NCBI GenBank assembly: GCA_963830915.1
Contig: CAWHOE010000032.1
Coordinates: 1 to 61,226 of the forward strand
Length of the DNA: 61,226 nucleotides
Direction: 5' to 3'
Source: a candidate division FCPU426 bacterium
GTDB taxonomy: Bacteria; Oederibacteriota; Muellerivitia; Muellerivitales; Muellerivitaceae
Positions 1-9,448 of the stretch are shown here, piece by piece. A program made the position numbers and the translations under genes. Within the stretch, counting starts at the first letter, position 1; the number at the start of each line of letters is the position of its first letter. A model generated the notes under the pieces. That model saw only the letters and a program-made list of their open reading frames with translations. It made no database searches and had not been told where the DNA came from.

Positions 1-156
1 CAACCCCAAAACCAGCCAGTTGCTTAATACCCCTTCTTTTGTTTTTCCGAATAAATAAAATAATTCTTTAGGAAGAAACCAAACGGTGAATAATATCAAT
101 CCAGCCCTAACATCAGAAATATGCTGTTTCTGTTTATTTTGATCAGACAAATCCAT
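1..156 (-). CDS. Hypothetical membrane protein, partial (runs off window start)
   Basis: ATG at 156 preceded by GAGGTG RBS; open frame MDLSDQNKQK...WLVLGL to the window edge; hydrophobic. Confidence 0.6.
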   Translation of the reverse strand, partial: MDLSDQNKQKQHISDVRAGLILFTVWFLPKELFYLFGKTKEGVLSNWLVLGL

Positions 157-187
157 GGACACCTCTAAAAACGGACTCAGGCCGCCG

Positions 188-769
188 TTATCCATTTTTC
201 CGCATGCCATCTCCATAATGTTGCAAATTTGGGATTTGGATGAAATAAATATAAAAAATAAATACTGCTAGAACAACGCCCGCAGAAATAAGAAAAAAAC
301 CTAATATTTTTAAAAATACCAATCCCCGTTCTTTCTTCTTATTGGTTACTTTGCCTTTTAACCATCCCATATCGGCAAGAGCTTGTTTCGAAATTAATAC
401 CAGGCCAAATAAAATGGCAGTAATTGAAAGGATAAAGGTGTTGTAAACATCCATTTGGCGGAGAAGTGAGCTTAGATTATCAATGTGATCATTCGTAAAT
501 ATTGTTAATAACTCCGAAATTAATTTTCCAAAACTATAGAGTGTAAAAAAAACACACGCACTATAAAAAATGCCACTGGTTTTTTTATTTTCTCTTTTAC
601 GTTTTTTTATATAAATCAATAGCCAGATACCGAAAACAATGCTCAATGAATAACAAAGCAATAGCGAAAGAGAGGATCCGATTAGTTTAAGAAACAGAAA
701 TAACGCAAATATTAAAAATGCTTTTAAGCCTTCTATTTCTTTCCATGTTTTTTTAAATATTAAAATCAT
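188..769 (-). CDS. Hypothetical multi-pass membrane protein (AT-rich)
   Basis: 193-aa ORF with about 5 hydrophobic segments. Confidence 0.7.
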   Translation of the reverse strand: MILIFKKTWKEIEGLKAFLIFALFLFLKLIGSSLSLLLCYSLSIVFGIWLLIYIKKRKRENKKTSGIFYSACVFFTLYSFGKLISELLTIFTNDHIDNLSSLLRQMDVYNTFILSITAILFGLVLISKQALADMGWLKGKVTNKKKERGLVFLKILGFFLISAGVVLAVFIFYIYFIQIPNLQHYGDGMRKNG

Positions 770-839
770 TTTTTCTAATCTTTCATGTTTCCCTATACCT
801 TAATAACCCTTGTCCAATTTGGGCCTTGTCAAAGGTCCG

Positions 840-1691
840 TTACATAAATCCCAATAGATTCAAAAGCCCCCAAAGGCATCCGCCGATCAGGGCCAGGCCG
901 CCGAAGACGCCGAAGAAGGCTTGTATGGCGAAAGAACTTTCCAATTGTTTTTGGCTTTCGTCCGAAAGGATAAATAGATCCCCCGATCTGGTTCCCTTCA
1001 CGATGGCGATATCCTTCAGCGCCCCTTCCGGCGGCAATTCAGCGGGCGGCGGGGACTGTTCGCAGGTTCCCATCACGAAAAGCGTCTCGCCCGGCAGGAA
1101 ATGGCGTTCGGTAAAGCGAAGGGTCTTCTCGAAACCGAAAAAGCCCCTGATGGAAATGTTCCTTTGTTGTAGAAAATCCACTATGTTCTGGGGCACATCG
1201 GTGAAAGTCCCGGTCTTCAAGACATAAGGGTCCGAAATGATGACTTTCGAATCCCAAGGCTTCACCAAGACCGTGCCTGTGTCATCCTTCACGTAAAAAG
1301 AATGGGTCTTGGAATCCCCTTTCAAGATGGTTTCCCAGTGGGAGTTCTTTCCGCTACTGACATATTGTTCCACCTCGTATTCAAAATAACCGCATGGCTT
1401 CAAGGTGAAAGGCGCTTCCTTGAGCTGCCAATCCACGACCTGGCCGGTGATCTCCACCAGCCCCGGCGCTATGGCCCGAATAGTGGAGGTGGGGATGTCT
1501 TCCATCAAACGCTTGGTCCTTAGCTGGGCAAAGCCCCAAAAGAAGGCGATCACCCCAACGGCCAGCCCGACCACGCACATAAACAAGGGTTGGCCCTGGT
1601 CGCGGGCATAGGCGAAGACCGGCGAGAAGCTTGAGAGCCAGAAAAGGAGGGTGGAAAAGGCCAATAGCCTGATGGTTCCGAAGGTTTTCAT
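840..1691 (-). CDS. GIDE-domain membrane protein (MUL1-like intermembrane domain family)
   Basis: TM-'R.MEDIPTSTIR...GLVEITG'...'FYVKDDTG.VLV'...'F.ILSD'-TM layout; overlaps the lemA stop. Confidence 0.8.
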   Translation of the reverse strand: MKTFGTIRLLAFSTLLFWLSSFSPVFAYARDQGQPLFMCVVGLAVGVIAFFWGFAQLRTKRLMEDIPTSTIRAIAPGLVEITGQVVDWQLKEAPFTLKPCGYFEYEVEQYVSSGKNSHWETILKGDSKTHSFYVKDDTGTVLVKPWDSKVIISDPYVLKTGTFTDVPQNIVDFLQQRNISIRGFFGFEKTLRFTERHFLPGETLFVMGTCEQSPPPAELPPEGALKDIAIVKGTRSGDLFILSDESQKQLESSFAIQAFFGVFGGLALIGGCLWGLLNLLGFM

Positions 1692-2260
1692 GAGTTGGTC
1701 ACTTGCACTTTCACGAATTCCTTTTCCCCTTCGGTGGCCGTGAATAGTTGCCGGGGGGTCAGGTTCATCAGGGACGCCAGGATGGCGTCGGGAAACTGGG
1801 CGATGTGGGTGTTGTACTTGGCGACCGAGTCGTTATAGAAGGACCGGCGGTCGGCGATGGCGCTTTCCAGCTCAGAAAGCCTCTTTTGGAGCATCAGGAA
1901 GTTCTCTTGGGATTTCAGGGTGGGATAATTTTCCGCCACCGCGAAAAGGTTGTTCAGGGAGGCCGTGAGGGTCTTATCGGCCTGGGCCTTGTCCGCCACG
2001 CTGACCGCCGCCATGGCGCTGGTTCGGGACTGAGTCACGTCGGTCAGGACTTTTTTCTCGAATTCCTTGATGCCCTGCACCACCGCCACCAGGTTGGGCA
2101 CCTCGTCATGGCGCTGTTTCAACAGAACGTCGATGTTGGCCCAGGCCTTGTCGATATTGACCTTGAGGAAAACCAACCCGTTATAAACGATGACCAGATA
2201 GATCACGAACCCGACCGCCAAAAACCCGGCGACTACCAGAAAGACCGTTATATTCACCAT
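1688..2260 (-). CDS. lemA: LemA family protein
   Basis: N-terminal TM, 'AWANIDVLLKQRHD..PNLV', 'AVAENYPTLK..ENF..LQ', 'R.FYND.V..YN..I..FP'. Confidence 0.95.
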   Translation of the reverse strand: MVNITVFLVVAGFLAVGFVIYLVIVYNGLVFLKVNIDKAWANIDVLLKQRHDEVPNLVAVVQGIKEFEKKVLTDVTQSRTSAMAAVSVADKAQADKTLTASLNNLFAVAENYPTLKSQENFLMLQKRLSELESAIADRRSFYNDSVAKYNTHIAQFPDAILASLMNLTPRQLFTATEGEKEFVKVQVTNS

Positions 2261-2329
2261 CTCCGCCTCCTTGATGGCTTCAGGCTAATATTCTATCTTT
2301 CCCCCAACATCCCGACGTCCAAATCATGT

Positions 2330-2533
2330 CTACTGTTCCGAAAAAAACCTAAAAACCCAGATTACAAAAGCTATTAAGAGAAGTATTAAAGTAATTATTA
2401 ATCTGAGCATTCCCCCCATGCCCAGCCAACGTATCTTTGGGAATAAAGCGCCACAACGCGGACATGAAAAACACAAATATTTCTCGATCAAGAATCCGCA
2501 GTTCCTGCATCTTCTTTTAAATATGTCCCACAT
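2330..2533 (-). CDS. Small zinc-ribbon membrane protein
   Basis: CRNC...CPRC followed by a C-terminal TM helix; GGAGTG RBS. Confidence 0.6.
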   Translation of the reverse strand: MWDIFKRRCRNCGFLIEKYLCFSCPRCGALFPKIRWLGMGGMLRLIITLILLLIAFVIWVFRFFSEQ

Positions 2534-2590
2534 TTAACACTCCACAAGATCAATTCTTCCAAAAGCTGGAAAACCCTGGATCTTGAATAA

Positions 2591-2938
2591 TTATTGATCC
2601 AACCTATGCCCGCAATAGGGACACGAGGTAACTAGTGTAAAAGGGTAAAAAGTCTTATGAACGGGCTTCTTGCACCTTGGACAATATTGAAGGAGTTTTG
2701 GGTTTATAAAATAAAAAAATACAAAAATAGGCACTTCAATGATCAGGACCGGCCAGGGGAAGCCGATAGCGATCGTAAAAAAAGCGAACAAGATTGCGAC
2801 GAGGATAAAAACAACTTTATCTATGAGTTGTTTGATCCAAATATCATCCGTTACCCATACGAGCAAACCACCTAGTATCGTAATAAAGAACATCGAACCG
2901 CCAAATATTAAAAATATCGTTTCCTTATCTAATTCCAT
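2591..2938 (-). CDS. Small membrane protein with C-terminal zinc ribbon
   Basis: 3 TM segments then CPRC...CPYC. Confidence 0.7.
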   Translation of the reverse strand: MELDKETIFLIFGGSMFFITILGGLLVWVTDDIWIKQLIDKVVFILVAILFAFFTIAIGFPWPVLIIEVPIFVFFYFINPKLLQYCPRCKKPVHKTFYPFTLVTSCPYCGHRLDQ

Positions 2939-2959
2939 CTTAAAGAATCCTTTCGGATT

Positions 2960-3307
2960 TCAACTCTTTTTAAATCTAGAACCGCAATAGGGACAAAATT
3001 TCTTCGTCTCAAAAAAATAACCCGCTTTATTGACAGGCCTCCTGCAAGTCGGGCAAAAATCAACGGTCATGTATCTGTATATGACCTCCAGGATGAGGAT
3101 GGGGATGATAAAAACGAACCAACCCCAGGAAATATCAAATAGAAAAAGGGCTGGAAAACTGAACAATCCGTTTACAATTAAAGAAACTTTAAATATCTTT
3201 CGCCTTAACACAAAATCATTATCGAAAAAAAAGTAAACAAAGATCATGGATAGAAAAATTAGGATCTGTATGATAAAAAAAATGTTGCCGATAGATTTGA
3301 TTTCCAT
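2960..3307 (-). CDS. Small membrane protein with C-terminal zinc ribbon (paralog of 2591-2938)
   Basis: 3 TM segments then CPTC...CPYC; same length (115 aa) as its neighbour. Confidence 0.7.
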   Translation of the reverse strand: MEIKSIGNIFFIIQILIFLSMIFVYFFFDNDFVLRRKIFKVSLIVNGLFSFPALFLFDISWGWFVFIIPILILEVIYRYMTVDFCPTCRRPVNKAGYFFETKKFCPYCGSRFKKS

Positions 3308-3427
3308 TTCGATAGCGCCTTTGGTCCGACAATAAGGTCCTGCTCGCGATAGGACTAATGCTCAAATATTCTATCCCTACCCTACCGCCCAAGGTTCCAA
3401 TTTCGGACTGATCAGTAATATCACGGA

Positions 3428-4576
3428 TCAATAAAGCGATTTGGGCAGCCGCTCCAAACCGCTTAACGGGATCACATCCACCTTTTTGTCCAAGGAATAG
3501 GCGGCTTTGTCCGGGTGAACGACCCATAAATGCTCCAGCCTCAAGTCCTCCATGGCAATGCGCATGGATTTGGTCATCCCGGGGGCGTCGTCCATCTTGA
3601 ATTCAAAACCCCACCGCTTCCCCCCTTTTTCCACTAGGAGGTCCAACTCGGCCCCGGCCTGGGTAGCCCAAAAGAAAGCGTTCCGGTCGCCCGTGACCCG
3701 AAGAACCTGTTCCAAGGCAAAGCCCTCCCAGGAGGATCCTAATTTAGGGTGGGCCTCCAATTCCGCCTGGGTCCGCAGGTTCAACAAGGCGTGCAACAAG
3801 CCACTGTCGCGCACATAAACCTTCGGGGATTTCACCAGCCGTTTCCCCAGGTTGACGAAATAGGGCGGCAGTTGCCGCAGGACAAAAGCGCCGGAGAGGG
3901 CATCCAGGTACCTTCGGGCGGCGTTATGCGAAAAGCCCAGGGAAGCCCCGATCTCGGACGCGTTCCAAACCTGGCCGTGGTAATGGGCCACCATGGCCCA
4001 GAAACGACCCAGGGTCGCCGCCGGTACCCGGATATCCATTTGAGGGATATCCCTCTCGAGGAAAGTTTGGATGAAGTTGTCGCGCCAAATCACACTGTCC
4101 TTGTCGGTCGCGGCTAAGAACGACGGCGGGAATCCGCCCCTTATCCAAAGCCGTTGCTGATTTTTCCAGCCCACTTCCCCGGGGGAGAACCCGCTCATTT
4201 CGATGAAACGCACCCTGCCCGCCAGGGACTCGGAAGTATGCTTCATCAACCAGGGTGAGGCGCTGCCCAGCAATAGGAACCGGCACGGGAGGGGTTTGCG
4301 GTCCGCGAGGACCCTCAGATGAGGAAAAAGTTCTGGCTTTCGTTGGATCTCGTCCAACACTACCAGGCCTTTCAAGCCATCCAGTGTCCTTTCGGGGTTC
4401 TCCATTCGGATCAAGTCCGATCTTTTTTCCAAATCGAAATACTGCGTTTTCTTATTCAACGAAACTTGGCGGGCTAGGGTGGTTTTGCCGCATTGGCGTG
4501 GCCCCAAAAGCGCGGTGAGGGGACTGGTTCTCAGCCCGGATTGGATAAGTTTTAAAATGTCGGGTCGGCGGATCAC
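3428..4576 (-). CDS. AAA+ ATPase, AAA_14/DUF4143 family
   Basis: Walker A GPRQCGKT, Walker B VVLDEIQ, 'LLGSAS', 'ESLAGR', 'GGFP', 'KRLVKSPKVY.RDSG', C-terminal 'ELDL..FEFK'; GTG start at 4576 after AAGGAG. Confidence 0.92.
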   Translation of the reverse strand: MIRRPDILKLIQSGLRTSPLTALLGPRQCGKTTLARQVSLNKKTQYFDLEKRSDLIRMENPERTLDGLKGLVVLDEIQRKPELFPHLRVLADRKPLPCRFLLLGSASPWLMKHTSESLAGRVRFIEMSGFSPGEVGWKNQQRLWIRGGFPPSFLAATDKDSVIWRDNFIQTFLERDIPQMDIRVPAATLGRFWAMVAHYHGQVWNASEIGASLGFSHNAARRYLDALSGAFVLRQLPPYFVNLGKRLVKSPKVYVRDSGLLHALLNLRTQAELEAHPKLGSSWEGFALEQVLRVTGDRNAFFWATQAGAELDLLVEKGGKRWGFEFKMDDAPGMTKSMRIAMEDLRLEHLWVVHPDKAAYSLDKKVDVIPLSGLERLPKSLY

Positions 4577-4585
4577 GGGAGGCTC

Positions 4586-4640
4586 CTTGTAAATTGCACG
4601 TCTATAGTACAATTTACAAGTATTTGCCGTCAAGCCAAGA
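4586..4640 (-). promoter_or_regulatory. Sigma70-like promoter overlapped by a 14-bp inverted-repeat operator
   Basis: Minus strand TTGACG-N18-TACTAT; arms CTTGTAAATTGCAC (4586-4599) and GTACAATTTACAAG (4607-4620), 13/14 complementary. Confidence 0.65.
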
Positions 4641-4680
4641 ATTGTGATCGGCTATATTGATCAGCAACTGATCGTTTCCA

Positions 4681-5265
4681 CTATTTCTTTTTGCGGGCGC
4701 AGAGGATCAACCCGGTGGACCAATTCATCTTACAAACATGAAAATCGGTCAAGGTTTCCAATTTCGCGATCAAATCTTTCACCTTTTTATCATGGCCTTC
4801 CTGCCAATTGGGTTGGGGCAGCATGTCATCGATGAAATAAAACCCTCCCAGCGCCACCAACCGAAGGGTTTCTTCCAAGGTGTTATATTTCCCGGGCCAG
4901 GAATCAGCGAATATCAGGTCGAAAGTTTGGCCCGCCAAGGTTTTGATGAATTCCCCGCCATCGGCCACCCGAAAAGTCACCCTGGGGTCGGACCCCAATG
5001 CTTTTTCCGCTATAGAAACCACATCCGGGTTGTTATCGACCGATAAAAAGGTTGAGCTAGCGTCCATTCCGTCCAATATCCAAGAAGCGGATAAACCCGT
5101 GCCTGTCCCGATCTCCAAAAACCGCCCATTCGGTTTAGTCGCGGCTAGAGTCCGCAACAAATTGCCCGTCAGGATGTCCGAGCCCATTTTAAAATCCATC
5201 AACTGGGTCGCTTTCAACAATTCGGGGTATTGGGGAGGAAGTTGGATACTATTTTCATCAATCAC
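4681..5265 (-). CDS. Class I SAM-dependent (O-)methyltransferase
   Basis: 'FLEIGTGTGLS', 'FDLIFADSWPGKY', 'GGFYFIDD'. Confidence 0.9.
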   Translation of the reverse strand: MIDENSIQLPPQYPELLKATQLMDFKMGSDILTGNLLRTLAATKPNGRFLEIGTGTGLSASWILDGMDASSTFLSVDNNPDVVSIAEKALGSDPRVTFRVADGGEFIKTLAGQTFDLIFADSWPGKYNTLEETLRLVALGGFYFIDDMLPQPNWQEGHDKKVKDLIAKLETLTDFHVCKMNWSTGLILCARKKK

Positions 5266-5632
5266 GGTGTATCCAATAAAATCTTTTATATTTACGCAGG
5301 GTTCGAATGCTGAAATAAGTCAATCCCGCGGCGGCGACACCGTGAAACAGCACACGAAAATCCAATAGATCGCCAATGGACAAACCGAATAATAGAACGA
5401 TGCCCAGCCAGCTTAAATTACCCGCCAAAGCGATCAAGGCTATGTTTTTATCATTGGGCCGGCCACCGCGAAGGATATTTAGGGCCACCAATAGGCTCGC
5501 CGCCAGGACGCCGGAAAGGGACCAGACAAAAAGCCCTGTGCCGAACTGGGTCAACTTGATGGTTCCAAATAAATGACCCAAGGCCGCAAACGCCATTAAC
5601 CCGCAAAAGAATCGATCGATGTTCTTGGCCAT
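5258..5632 (-). CDS. Hypothetical 4-TM membrane protein
   Basis: 124-aa hydrophobic ORF, GGGAG RBS, overlaps the next gene. Confidence 0.75.
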   Translation of the reverse strand: MAKNIDRFFCGLMAFAALGHLFGTIKLTQFGTGLFVWSLSGVLAASLLVALNILRGGRPNDKNIALIALAGNLSWLGIVLLFGLSIGDLLDFRVLFHGVAAAGLTYFSIRTLRKYKRFYWIHRD

Positions 5633-5661
5633 AGTTCTCCCGTCATTGATCTTATTTGGAT

Positions 5662-6094
5662 CTACAGATCGTAATTCAGCTCAAAGGAACTTCCCTTTTG
5701 GTCGGCACGGTATAACGCAGTGCCCTTGATTCCCTTCAACTCCCCCGTCCCAGAGCCCTCCAGGATCGATAATTTCGAAATGGCGGCCCCAGCCGTAAAA
5801 GTCCCGTGATCCTCAAGGGCGAAACTACCGGTTTTTCCGTTTATCTTCCCGGTCAAATTCATCAAGCCGATATATTCAGCGGATGATTTGTGCGGGTCCT
5901 TGGCGTCGAACAATTTATAGAACATGAGGTATTCCACGGACGCTTTGCATTCGATATCGCCGACTAAAGCGAATTCAACCGATGCTTTCGTCATCTTCAC
6001 TTCGGGGGAAATGACCTGCCAGTTCTTCCTCTTTCCACTTTTCGACCTTATAGGTCGCTTTCGCGGTCAATCCACTCTTGTTCCCTGTATTCAT
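5662..6094 (-). pseudogene. DUF3224 family protein with a frameshift near 6020-6030 (possible sequencing error)
   Basis: N-terminus MNTGNK...YKVEKWKEE in one frame continues as WQVISPEVKMTKASV...GSGTGELKGIKG in another; removing one base joins them. Confidence 0.75.
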
Positions 6095-6131
6095 CGTTGA
6101 CGACCTCCCCCTTTTTGGTTTAAAGAGCTTC

Positions 6132-7232
6132 TTAGGAAAAAAGTCCCTGGATCGTCTCTTCGGTAGCGGGAGCAAACGCCGCGATTTTCAAATTTTCCAG
6201 AACATGTTCTTTATTCTTCATTCCAACCAGGGCCGTGGTCACGCCAGGGGCAGAGCGGGCGAACTGGATGGCCCTGACGGAATCGGAAGGCAGCCCCGGA
6301 AAGGCCGCGCCGACCGAAGCTGGCAGGCTCCTGGCCAAGCGGGATTGCAGGATGGAGGCGCTGGTAAAGACGGCGATTTCGTTGGCCTTGGCGGCTTCAA
6401 GAATAGAGACGGTTTGGGCACCCATCACCTGATTACCCAGGGCGAAAGCCTCCGGCATCCCCAAGTTAAAGGGCAGTTGGATCGCCCGGAAATGGTGCCG
6501 GGAGTTCCCCGCAGCCTTCTCAGCGGTTCGTATGATCTCATGGAGCGAAAGATGTTCCTGGCTAGTTGGGTCCACCCGATAGCCGTTCCAGGTCGCGGTC
6601 CCATAGGCCTGGATCTTCCCTTCCGTCACGCAATGTTCCAGTTCTCTAAAGGCGGCCTCCAGACGTTTGAGGAATTCGTCCTTGGGCACTTCCTCCAACT
6701 GCGTTTCCGGATTGTGGACATGGAAAAGATCGATGGTTCCCAACCCAAAGTTGGCAAGGGACCGTTCCACCTGGTTCCTGAGGTAGGCGGGGGCCATGCA
6801 ATGACAGCCTGCCACCACATCCTGGGGGCTACAGATACCCGGTTTGAAATATTCCTCCTGGAAATATTTCCTGGGGTCGGCCGGCTGGCTTCCGTCAAAG
6901 GGGATGAACCCGCCCTTAGTGCAGACCACGACCTCTTCCCGGAATACTTCCCTTTCTTTCTCCAATTCCTTAAGGGCTTGCCCGATGTTGCGCTCACTGC
7001 GCATGCAACGGTAATTGATGGCCGAATCCAGAAGGTTGATGCCGGACATCAGAGCGGCCTTGATGGCTTCGACGTAAAGAGCGTCGACCTTATCGGTGGA
7101 TTCACCCAGGTAAGTGCCCAGGCCCAAGGAGGAAACCTTCACCCCCAAGAAATCCCGGTAGAACGCCTTTTTTTTGAACTCCGGAAAACGGTCGGTGTAC
7201 TTTTCAGTACGCAATGGATTAGCGCAGGCCAT
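6132..7232 (-). CDS. Aldo/keto reductase
   Basis: 'SLGLGTY', 'GINLLDSAINYR...SER.IG', 'TKGG', 'IDLFHVHNPE', 'IQLPFN'. Confidence 0.9.
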   Translation of the reverse strand: MACANPLRTEKYTDRFPEFKKKAFYRDFLGVKVSSLGLGTYLGESTDKVDALYVEAIKAALMSGINLLDSAINYRCMRSERNIGQALKELEKEREVFREEVVVCTKGGFIPFDGSQPADPRKYFQEEYFKPGICSPQDVVAGCHCMAPAYLRNQVERSLANFGLGTIDLFHVHNPETQLEEVPKDEFLKRLEAAFRELEHCVTEGKIQAYGTATWNGYRVDPTSQEHLSLHEIIRTAEKAAGNSRHHFRAIQLPFNLGMPEAFALGNQVMGAQTVSILEAAKANEIAVFTSASILQSRLARSLPASVGAAFPGLPSDSVRAIQFARSAPGVTTALVGMKNKEHVLENLKIAAFAPATEETIQGLFS

Positions 7233-7256
7233 CTTTCCTCCCCTTGATGAACGATG

Positions 7257-7485
7257 GATAGTGGGTCAGTTTTAATAGCCACCCCCTTTGAAAAAGGGGG
7301 CCGGGGGGTATTAGTCGTTGACGAAGCATGACGAAAAGGCTAACTCCCCCTTGATCCCCCTCTTTCATGCTGTTCCGCAAATGAAATTAAAATAATGAGA
7401 ACAGTATAGTGCTTTAGCACAGAGGGGGAGAAAAAGCGAACTATCAAGAACTTGTTAACGTAGTATCTCAAATTGACCCACTACC
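7257..7485. mobile_element. Non-autonomous MITE, 229 bp, with 8-bp target-site duplication
   Basis: Terminal inverted repeats GATAGTGGGTCAGTTTTA / TCAAATTGACCCACTACC (15/18 match); exact flanking direct repeat GAACGATG at 7249-7256 and 7486-7493; no ORF. Confidence 0.8.
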
Positions 7486-7573
7486 GAACGATGTTCGCGG
7501 GTTCATCTTATCGGGGGAGGCGGGAAAATTGAAAGATAGGGGGAAGAAAAGTTAATGACTGCCCAATCGGTGT

Positions 7574-9310
7574 CTATTTTCCGAAAACGATGCCTAACTC
7601 AATGGGCACGAAACCAGCGGGATTATCGACGCCTATGGAATTCGTGTAGCTGGCGCTGTTGAATTCGTAGATCACGACACTTTGAACGCTTAGGTAAAGA
7701 TATTTAACCAAGTTGATCTCCACCCCCGCCCCGATCTCGGCTGAAAACCCCACATCCGTGGTGAGAGCCGGCGGGTTGTTATCGCCATAAGCGTTATCGG
7801 AAAGGGCCAGCCCCGGACCGCCAAAGACATAGGGGCGCAGGCAACCCTGGACGAACCGGTATTTGGCCGTCAAGGCGACATTGAAATATTCAGCGAATCG
7901 GTTATGGGTGACGGTCTTGTCGTTAGGCATGAATTCTCCCCCGTCGAATTGCAAAGCGAAGGTTGTGTTGGGGTCATATTGGTATCCGAACCCAAATTCC
8001 AAAGGCACTCCCCAATAATTTTTCCTCAATTGTGGGCCCAGGGGAATTTCCAGGCCGGAATCAGCATCGAATTCAAAACCACTTTCCGCGATTGTTTTAA
8101 AGAAAACATTTAAACTATTTAATGAATTTGGCACACCAAAAGTCGGATCCAGGGGAGGGCTTTCGATGGTGACCGGATGGGAAGTGGAGCCGGAAGCGGA
8201 AGAGAACTTAACCTCATAATCCAGGCACCGAAGGGCATCCGAGAATTTCTTATCAACAACGGAAGGATCATCCACAACGCTATCCCACAGAACCTTCTCA
8301 GGTAGATATAGAGTTCCGCTCTGGAAATATTCGAACTTCACCCACGCCTTCAGTTTGCTCTTTTCCGTTTGGACATCCATGGAGCGGATCAGGTAACCCT
8401 CATCTGTCCTTTCGAACTGAAATTGGATATTCCAGGTTTCGGGTGTCTCGCCCCCCATTCTTATCTTGCCATCGGTCAGAAGGAACTGGTCCGTCATATG
8501 AAGCTCGCCCGTCGAGTCATCCTTCTTGAATTCGATGGTGTAGCCCTCTTTCGTCCGATAGATCAGGGGTGCTACCTTCTCCTGGTCCGTGCCTTCCCAC
8601 GAAAAGCCTGAAAAAACATTGATCATCCGGAGGGGGGAAAGGACCCCCTTTCGCATCAGGGTCAACAGGTTTTGCAGTACCCTTTTGTACTCTTTCCCGC
8701 CATCCTCTTTCACACCCGTATAGGTGAACTGAAAACCTTTGTTCTCCTGGTATTCAATGAAGAACTCCAGGGATGTCAGGGGCTTCAATTCTTGGTAATT
8801 CTCCGCGAACACCGCCATATTCTTCGATTGCTGTTCCAAGTCCTCGTCCTGGTCTCTAGCTTTGTTCCGAAGAAGGGCCAATTCGTAATCCTGTTCCGTG
8901 ATCTCCTTCAAAGATTTCGCGTCGGCGGCGGGATGGTCCTGTTCGAACCGCTCCAGTTGCTTTTCTTTTTCCCTGAGTTCCCTATCATTCTCCTGTTTGC
9001 TCTTTTCAATGTTCTCTTGGTAGTTCTTCTTGAACTTTTCGCTCGAAATGACCTCTTCCACCGATGAGGCTTCCAATAGGTTTTTGAAGGTCTTTTCCCG
9101 CAAGTCCAAGAACCCGCATTTGAATTGGTGGAGGCCCTGGGCGGGATAGCTGTAATAGGCGGATAGGATCTTGGTCGCTACGGCCTTGAGAGTGTCTCCG
9201 GTGAGGGGGGCGGGAGTAGGACTCGGCGAGGGTGTGGAAGCAGGTTCGGACCACGCGGAAACGGACAGTAGGAAAACAGGGAGTAAAAATATGAACAGTT
9301 TAAGATTCAT
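7574..9310 (-). CDS. Secreted protein with C-terminal outer-membrane beta-barrel-like domain
   Basis: Signal peptide, P/T/S linker, charged coiled-coil, C-terminal alternating strands ('RPYVFGGPG', 'GFSAEIGAGVE', ends 'ELGIVFGK'). Confidence 0.7.
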   Translation of the reverse strand: MNLKLFIFLLPVFLLSVSAWSEPASTPSPSPTPAPLTGDTLKAVATKILSAYYSYPAQGLHQFKCGFLDLREKTFKNLLEASSVEEVISSEKFKKNYQENIEKSKQENDRELREKEKQLERFEQDHPAADAKSLKEITEQDYELALLRNKARDQDEDLEQQSKNMAVFAENYQELKPLTSLEFFIEYQENKGFQFTYTGVKEDGGKEYKRVLQNLLTLMRKGVLSPLRMINVFSGFSWEGTDQEKVAPLIYRTKEGYTIEFKKDDSTGELHMTDQFLLTDGKIRMGGETPETWNIQFQFERTDEGYLIRSMDVQTEKSKLKAWVKFEYFQSGTLYLPEKVLWDSVVDDPSVVDKKFSDALRCLDYEVKFSSASGSTSHPVTIESPPLDPTFGVPNSLNSLNVFFKTIAESGFEFDADSGLEIPLGPQLRKNYWGVPLEFGFGYQYDPNTTFALQFDGGEFMPNDKTVTHNRFAEYFNVALTAKYRFVQGCLRPYVFGGPGLALSDNAYGDNNPPALTTDVGFSAEIGAGVEINLVKYLYLSVQSVVIYEFNSASYTNSIGVDNPAGFVPIELGIVFGK

Positions 9311-9448
9311 AACTAAGACCTCTTATGGGTCCTAGTATAAATCCACAGGACTTATCTGGCGGAATATTTGGGATTTATCAGGCGGTTACTTGGTTGAGCC
9401 GATCGAAAATTGTCGCCTAATTGTTTCCACTTAGGTCTTTTGCGCATC

